Positions 24,868 to 27,224 of a DNA stretch of 27,224 nucleotides are shown here, piece after piece. Below the pieces are notes generated by a model. That model ran no database searches. It was not told where the DNA came from and saw only the letters and a list, made by a program, of their open reading frames with translations. This DNA comes from Bacillota bacterium (GTDB lineage Bacteria > Bacillota > Bacilli > Thermoactinomycetales > Thermoactinomycetaceae). A program made the position numbers and the translations under genes. Each line of letters begins with the position of its first letter. Within the stretch, counting starts at the first letter, position 1. The DNA is taken from the NCBI GenBank assembly GCA_039798385.1, contig JBDKGC010000112.1, positions 1-27,224 on the forward strand. Direction: 5' to 3'.

Positions 24868-26457
24868 ATGTGTAGTTTTAAGCAAATGAGTTTAAGTAAA
24901 GAAGTATTAAAGGCTTTGGATGAGGAGGGGTTTAAAGCTCCTACGCCGATTCAGCTGCAATGTATACCCCAGGCTATGGATAGTCTAGATTTAATAGGGC
25001 AAGCTCAGACGGGCACAGGTAAAACAGCGGCTTTTGGTATTCCTATAATAGAAAAATTGGATATAGCAAATAAAAATGTGCAGGCGATAATTTTAACACC
25101 GACACGGGAGTTAGCTTTGCAGGTGACAAACGATTTAGTGTCTTTATCTAAGTACAAAAAGCTTAGTATTTTACCTGTGTATGGTGGGCAAAATATTGTC
25201 CTGCAAATACAGAAGTTAAAAAAAGGTGTACAATTAGTTGTAGGTACTCCTGGTCGTGTCTTAGATCATTTAAAGAGACGCACGATTCGCACAAGTGATG
25301 TTACTTGTTTTGTTTTAGATGAGGCGGACGAAATGCTCGATATGGGCTTTATTGACGATATTGTAACAATTTTGCGTCAACTACCAAGTGAGCGACAAAT
25401 GTTACTTTTTTCAGCAACTATGCCTGTTGCCATCAGAAATATTGCTCAGCGGTATATGCATAAGCCTAAATATATTTCAGTTAATCGGGGCGAAGTAACA
25501 ATACCCAAAATAGAGCAACTATATTATCGTGTGCCTTCAGCTGGTTTAAAAATGAATGCGCTCTGTAAGCTTGTCGAGCATGAGCAGATATCACTTGGTA
25601 TAATATTTTGTCGGACGAAGAAAAATGTGGATGATTTAGCTGAAGCATTGCAACGAAGAGGTTATTTAGCTAGTGGTTTGCATGGAGATTTGCTTCAAAA
25701 ACAGCGCGATCGCGTTATGAACTCTTTCCGTCAGGAGAAGACTACCTTGCTTATTGCTACGGATGTAGCTTCTCGGGGCTTAGATGTTGAAGGGATCTCA
25801 CATGTTATTAACTTTGATATTCCGCAAGAGTCCGAAAGTTATGTCCATCGAATTGGTAGAACTGGTCGTGCTGGTAAAACTGGTAAGGCTTTAACTTTAG
25901 TTACCCCACAAGAGATGAGACGTCTTAAACAGATTGAAAAGGAGCTTAGCCTAAAAATTAAGGCGGCTGTTTTACCTACTCTAGAAGATGTAGCGCAAAA
26001 ACAAAAAAGTTATTGGCAGAATAAAGTAAGAGAATTTTTAGCTAATAATAAGCAAAAAAAGTTTTTTAAAGAAGTAGTGGAAAGCCTAAGTAAAGATTAT
26101 ACCGGGGAAGAGATAGCGAGTGCCGTTTTGCAGTTAACCTTTTCAGAAAAGTTTGGGACGGTTTTTTCATCTACCCCTGAATATGATGATACTGGTGCAA
26201 GACCTGGTATGGTACGTTTTTTCATAAGTATTGGTAGAAATCAAAAAATATCCTTGCAAGATATTGTTAATGCTTTTGAAGAACAAGCAGGTGTTGCTAA
26301 GCATGATATAGGTCGGATAAACGTGTATGACCGTTTTGTTTTTGTTGAGGTTAAAGAGGCAAGTGCTTTGTTTATCTACGAGGTCTTTAAAAGAGGTATT
26401 ATAAATGGTGTGCGGATGCGGCTCGATTATGCCAAGCCGCGTAAGGTTAATAAATAG
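24868..26457 (+). CDS. DEAD-box RNA helicase (CshA/DeaD type) with C-terminal DbpA-type RNA-binding domain
   Basis: PTPIQ, AQTGTGKT, PTRELA, TPGR, DEAD, SAT, HRIGRTGRAG; C-terminal MVRFFISIGRNQKI. Confidence 0.95.
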   Translation: MCSFKQMSLSKEVLKALDEEGFKAPTPIQLQCIPQAMDSLDLIGQAQTGTGKTAAFGIPIIEKLDIANKNVQAIILTPTRELALQVTNDLVSLSKYKKLSILPVYGGQNIVLQIQKLKKGVQLVVGTPGRVLDHLKRRTIRTSDVTCFVLDEADEMLDMGFIDDIVTILRQLPSERQMLLFSATMPVAIRNIAQRYMHKPKYISVNRGEVTIPKIEQLYYRVPSAGLKMNALCKLVEHEQISLGIIFCRTKKNVDDLAEALQRRGYLASGLHGDLLQKQRDRVMNSFRQEKTTLLIATDVASRGLDVEGISHVINFDIPQESESYVHRIGRTGRAGKTGKALTLVTPQEMRRLKQIEKELSLKIKAAVLPTLEDVAQKQKSYWQNKVREFLANNKQKKFFKEVVESLSKDYTGEEIASAVLQLTFSEKFGTVFSSTPEYDDTGARPGMVRFFISIGRNQKISLQDIVNAFEEQAGVAKHDIGRINVYDRFVFVEVKEASALFIYEVFKRGIINGVRMRLDYAKPRKVNK

Positions 26458-26468
26458 ACTACCAGTCT

Positions 26469-27188
26469 ATGCATAAGATAATGCGGCTGCAAAAGTTTTT
26501 GGCCCAGGCAGGGGTAGGATCAAGGCGTTATTGTGAAACCTTGATTACTACAAGTTCTGTTACTGTAAATGGAGTTTTAGTATGTGAATTAGGAACGAGT
26601 GTTGATCCGAAACGGGATGTTGTTCGGTTAAATGGGAAGATTGTGTCATTAGAAAAAATTCGAGTTTTTTTATTTTATAAACCACTAAAAACACTTACTA
26701 GTATGGCAGATGGTTATGGCAGGCGTACTGTTGCTGACTATTTTGCTGAGATTAAAGAACGGGTTTATCCTGTGGGCCGCTTAGATTATAATACCGAAGG
26801 TTTATTAATTATGACTAACAAGGGCTCCTTAGCTTATAAATTGACGCATCCTTCCCATAAAGTACTTAAGCAATATGTAGTTGCCATAAATGGGGCTATT
26901 AGCTCTTGTCAGCTTAACCAATTACGAATGGGTCTTGAGCTGGATGATGGCATTACGGCGCCAGCGATAGTGAAATTGTTAGTTAAGCAAAGGTATTCTT
27001 CTACCATAAAAATAGGTATAATAGAAGGGCGCAAGCGACAAATTAGGCGGATGTTTGCTAAAATAGGTTATGAAGTTATCCATTTAAAACGTTTTCAAAT
27101 AGGTAACTTAAGCTTAGGCAGCCTACAAACGGGGCAATATAGAGAGTTATGTCAGCATGAGGTGTGGAAATTACTTCAGAAAGTTTAA
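26469..27188 (+). CDS. rluB: rRNA pseudouridine synthase, RsuA/RluB family
   Basis: S4 domain RLQKFLAQAGVGSRR, YKP, VYPVGRLDYNTEGLL, EGRKRQIRRM. Confidence 0.9.
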   Translation: MHKIMRLQKFLAQAGVGSRRYCETLITTSSVTVNGVLVCELGTSVDPKRDVVRLNGKIVSLEKIRVFLFYKPLKTLTSMADGYGRRTVADYFAEIKERVYPVGRLDYNTEGLLIMTNKGSLAYKLTHPSHKVLKQYVVAINGAISSCQLNQLRMGLELDDGITAPAIVKLLVKQRYSSTIKIGIIEGRKRQIRRMFAKIGYEVIHLKRFQIGNLSLGSLQTGQYRELCQHEVWKLLQKV

Positions 27189-27224
27189 AGTATATTAGTT
27201 CTATAATTTGCTTTAGTTTAATAT

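Overview
AT-rich chromosomal window from an endospore-forming Bacillota (yunB, spoIVB, spoIIIE/ftsK, and sigmaK/sigmaG-type promoter motifs). The lineage cannot be named from sequence alone. Housekeeping genes: minD, tRNA-Arg(UCU), malic enzyme, cold-shock protein, tdh-kbl, tlyA, nadK, an ABC exporter, type-2 ileS, ftsK/spoIIIE, pgsA, a DEAD-box helicase and rluB. No CRISPR array, integrase or transposase was seen. The main candidate for a new system is a three-gene block at 15.63-18.29 kb behind a consensus sigmaK-type promoter. It encodes a signal-peptide-less Ser/Thr-rich 7-blade beta-propeller + Ig-like protein and two paralogous Cys-rich ~143-aa beta proteins whose strand pattern resembles S-Ena/DUF3992 endospore-appendage subunits. 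I read this as a putative divergent spore appendage with a propeller adhesin. Directly after it, a hairpin buries the spoIVB Shine-Dalgarno only in read-through RNA, because its left arm lies inside the spacer of a sigmaG-type promoter. Other oddities: a Zn-phospholipase C with all metal ligands but no signal peptide, a Gammaproteobacteria-like malic enzyme, an orphan RelE-like gene, a Pro-rich repeat protein, an ABC exporter with a degenerate H-loop and no canonical start after its SD, and broken tlyA-nadK-argR-recN-spoIVB-spo0A synteny. All family assignments were made by eye from motifs. No database searches were run.
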